Origin: Azolla caroliniana
Lineage: Eukaryota > Plantae > Polypodiophyta
DNA: 64,000 nucleotides
Assembly (NCBI GenBank): GCA_043228905.1
Contig: JBHGNT010000005.1
Coordinates: 1,302,001-1,366,000 of the forward strand
Reading direction: 5' to 3'
How positions within the stretch are numbered: the stretch's first letter is position 1; every line of letters begins with the position of its first letter. The notes under the pieces are model-generated. The model was not told the origin of the DNA and did not search any database. It worked only from the letters and a program-made list of their open reading frames with translations. Both the position numbers and the translations under genes were made by a program. This document shows, one piece after another, positions 61,742 through 64,000 of this stretch.

Positions 61742-64000
61742 GACTTTTATGCTTAAACCTTGTTAAGGTCTGGACCAACTATTGTGCTATATTATACTGC
61801 ATTTTTCCTCATTTAATGAAGTTCATGTGGCACATGATAAGCGATAATGCATTCCTCAATATGGCCCTTTCCTTCTACTTTATGCCACATCCAACAAATT
61901 TTTAACCATTTTGAAGAACAGAATTAACTATGTTGAAGACCAACACCATTTGTAATATCTACCGAAAGTCAGCCACAAGCTTGACATGTTTCTTAATGTT
62001 GACCTCTGCGCCAATTATTACATCAATAATTATTCATTCATGTAATATGATTGCATTTTGATGTTTAATAGTGTCAATATTGATCCTTCTATTAGGTTGG
62101 AGTCTCGACTATGTTCGTTCTTTTATTACATCGACAATTGAATGTAATTGTGTAATTGAGTACCACAACCTGTTCTTAAGCTGAAAGAAAAACAGATTTT
62201 GCGGCTATTGCAATGGAGGTTGGTTATACGCCTTATCTACAAAGGGGCTGTCTTAGGTCATCTGGCCTGACAACACCTTAGGGGGTCCACCTTGCCAAAG
62301 ATACTCGCTATTGTGCAGACAACAAGGGTTTTTTATACTGTCGTGCGTTGTTTCAATATTTATACTACTTTTGTGAAGAGAGACACATAAGCTGTTTACA
62401 ATTTTCAGCCTCCAGTGAGCAAACAAGGAAAATAATTCTGGGGTCCAAGATTTCCATGTCAAAATTCTAAGGATGTGGAAGTATAGCTGTGGCCAAAATG
62501 CTTCTGCTGTAAATGATATCTTCATGGTGTTCATTTTTGCACAAACAACATGCCTTGTGAAAATTGAATCTAAAATTAATCAAGAAGCTGGAAGTATAGT
62601 TCACTGTTGGGTCATGAAACTGTGGAGGGTTTTAATCATTGATGATGCATTTTGGTATTTTGATGATGAAGAGTTTTAACTAAGTGGGATGCATCTCACA
62701 ATTCCTTGTCATTGAGATTACATACGAAGGTTAAATTTTGTATCTAAGCATCACAATGAGGTCTAACTTCTGGGAACGATTACATTTTGGGTGAGCTTAA
62801 TGTTTTTGTGGATCACTACCAATCCACAACTAGACAAAATCTTATGGGTGCACCCAAATGCCATGGTTAGAACGTGCTTGGATCAAAGGTTCTTACGGAA
62901 GATATGGGTCTTGAATACATTCATTAGAGACAAGGCCACACCTTCCAATTCGTAGAATGCTTAGAAATTTGGAATTGATTGTATATTATGTACAATAATT
63001 CAGTTGTGCTTGGGCTTGTAGATATCATCATTCATCGTAAATTTCCTTAATGACCAATTCTAACTTGAGGTTGTAATACTTACACAACCTTTACACCTTG
63101 TTCAACATTAGCTAGGTTGGCTTGCATTGTGTTTCAGGTCTTCTTTTCTAGAGCATTTGATCATTAAATGAAACAACTTTGAGACAAGTTTTTGCTTAAT
63201 CTTCAAGTTATAGAGGTTGCATTCACATTTTGCGGGTTGCTCTAATGATGGTGCTTGATTTCTATGTCCCTACATTCGTCAAATCTCGTTTTAGAATATT
63301 TTTAGTGAACATTGTATTAGGTTAGTGTTGCATCTAGGCAAGACATAACAATTATCATAATTTGTTTGCCTCTTTTTTGTGGAGAATATAGTAATGTGTT
63401 AAAATGCATATGATGAGATGCTACTCACTAAATTGTAAGATATTGCATGCATGTTTAGTGCCTGCATTATGGATTTACTTGGGCATAACAATGCAATTAA
63501 GGTTGCTTCTTATTGCATTATGTTTTATGAATTGGTAAAAAAATGCAGTTTCCTCCAATATAGGTGTAATAAATGATGCTTGGATTGGCAAAACTAAAGC
63601 CAACATAATGCTAAATTAAATAAAAGGGAACTCTTTAGTTACATAAGGAAGTATCAGAAGACAATAGTAGGTTTAACACAAATCATGGAAAGTTGGTGTT
63701 GAATTGGAATGGGTTTGCTATATTGGAACTTCCTTATATAATCAATCGTCTTAGTAGTTTGCATGGTTGCCACCTAGCTAGAATGTATATTGGCCATTAT
63801 AATTAACATATGTACAAAGTGTTAAAGTCTAGAGATGAGAATCAAGATGGTTCAATTTCTTCAAATGTTGTATGACATCTTGTATGATCTTAGAGTCCAA
63901 AATAATGTCAACCTTTCACATTACAAGCCTAGTAGTCATTAGCCATCCCTACCTAACAAAGGGCAATTCCCAGAAGTTACAAAATGATCGTGTTTCTTGC

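Noticed and set aside
1-64000. Functional tRNA or rRNA genes
   Set aside because: Only degenerate A/B-box modules without intact cloverleaf stems were seen, and no rRNA-like sequence was recognised.

Overview
AT-rich, intron-containing, microsatellite-rich eukaryotic nuclear DNA from a land plant. A non-seed plant such as a fern is likely from the gene and TE families; this is inference. Four host genes were reconstructed by hand from GT-AG splice sites: (1) a 7-exon plastid-type DUF760 gene (2719-8941, +); (2) a 9-exon SirB1/transglutaminase-like gene (14401-11178, -); (3) a PQQ beta-propeller (polyvinyl-alcohol-dehydrogenase-like) gene (45195-49316, +) whose first exon I could not find; and (4) a small 2-exon gene of unknown function (60438-61741, +). 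Most of the rest is transposon-derived. An L1-type LINE is split by a 9.4-kb Sola2-like DNA transposon, which in turn holds a solo LTR and an internally deleted Copia. There are also three hAT-type MITEs with 8-bp TSDs, a second solo LTR, LINE relics, and a young full-length Ty3/gypsy element (50749-58219) sitting inside an older gypsy relic. The young gypsy is the most unusual object. It has an 18-nt tRNA-Trp primer-binding site and a gag-protease ORF joined to RT-RH-INT by a candidate -1 frameshift (G GAU UUU plus a hairpin). Its 4-bp ACGT target duplication is shared with an otherwise dissimilar solo LTR 25 kb away, and each of its LTRs carries an antisense tRNA-like segment. Family assignments come from recalled motifs, not database searches.
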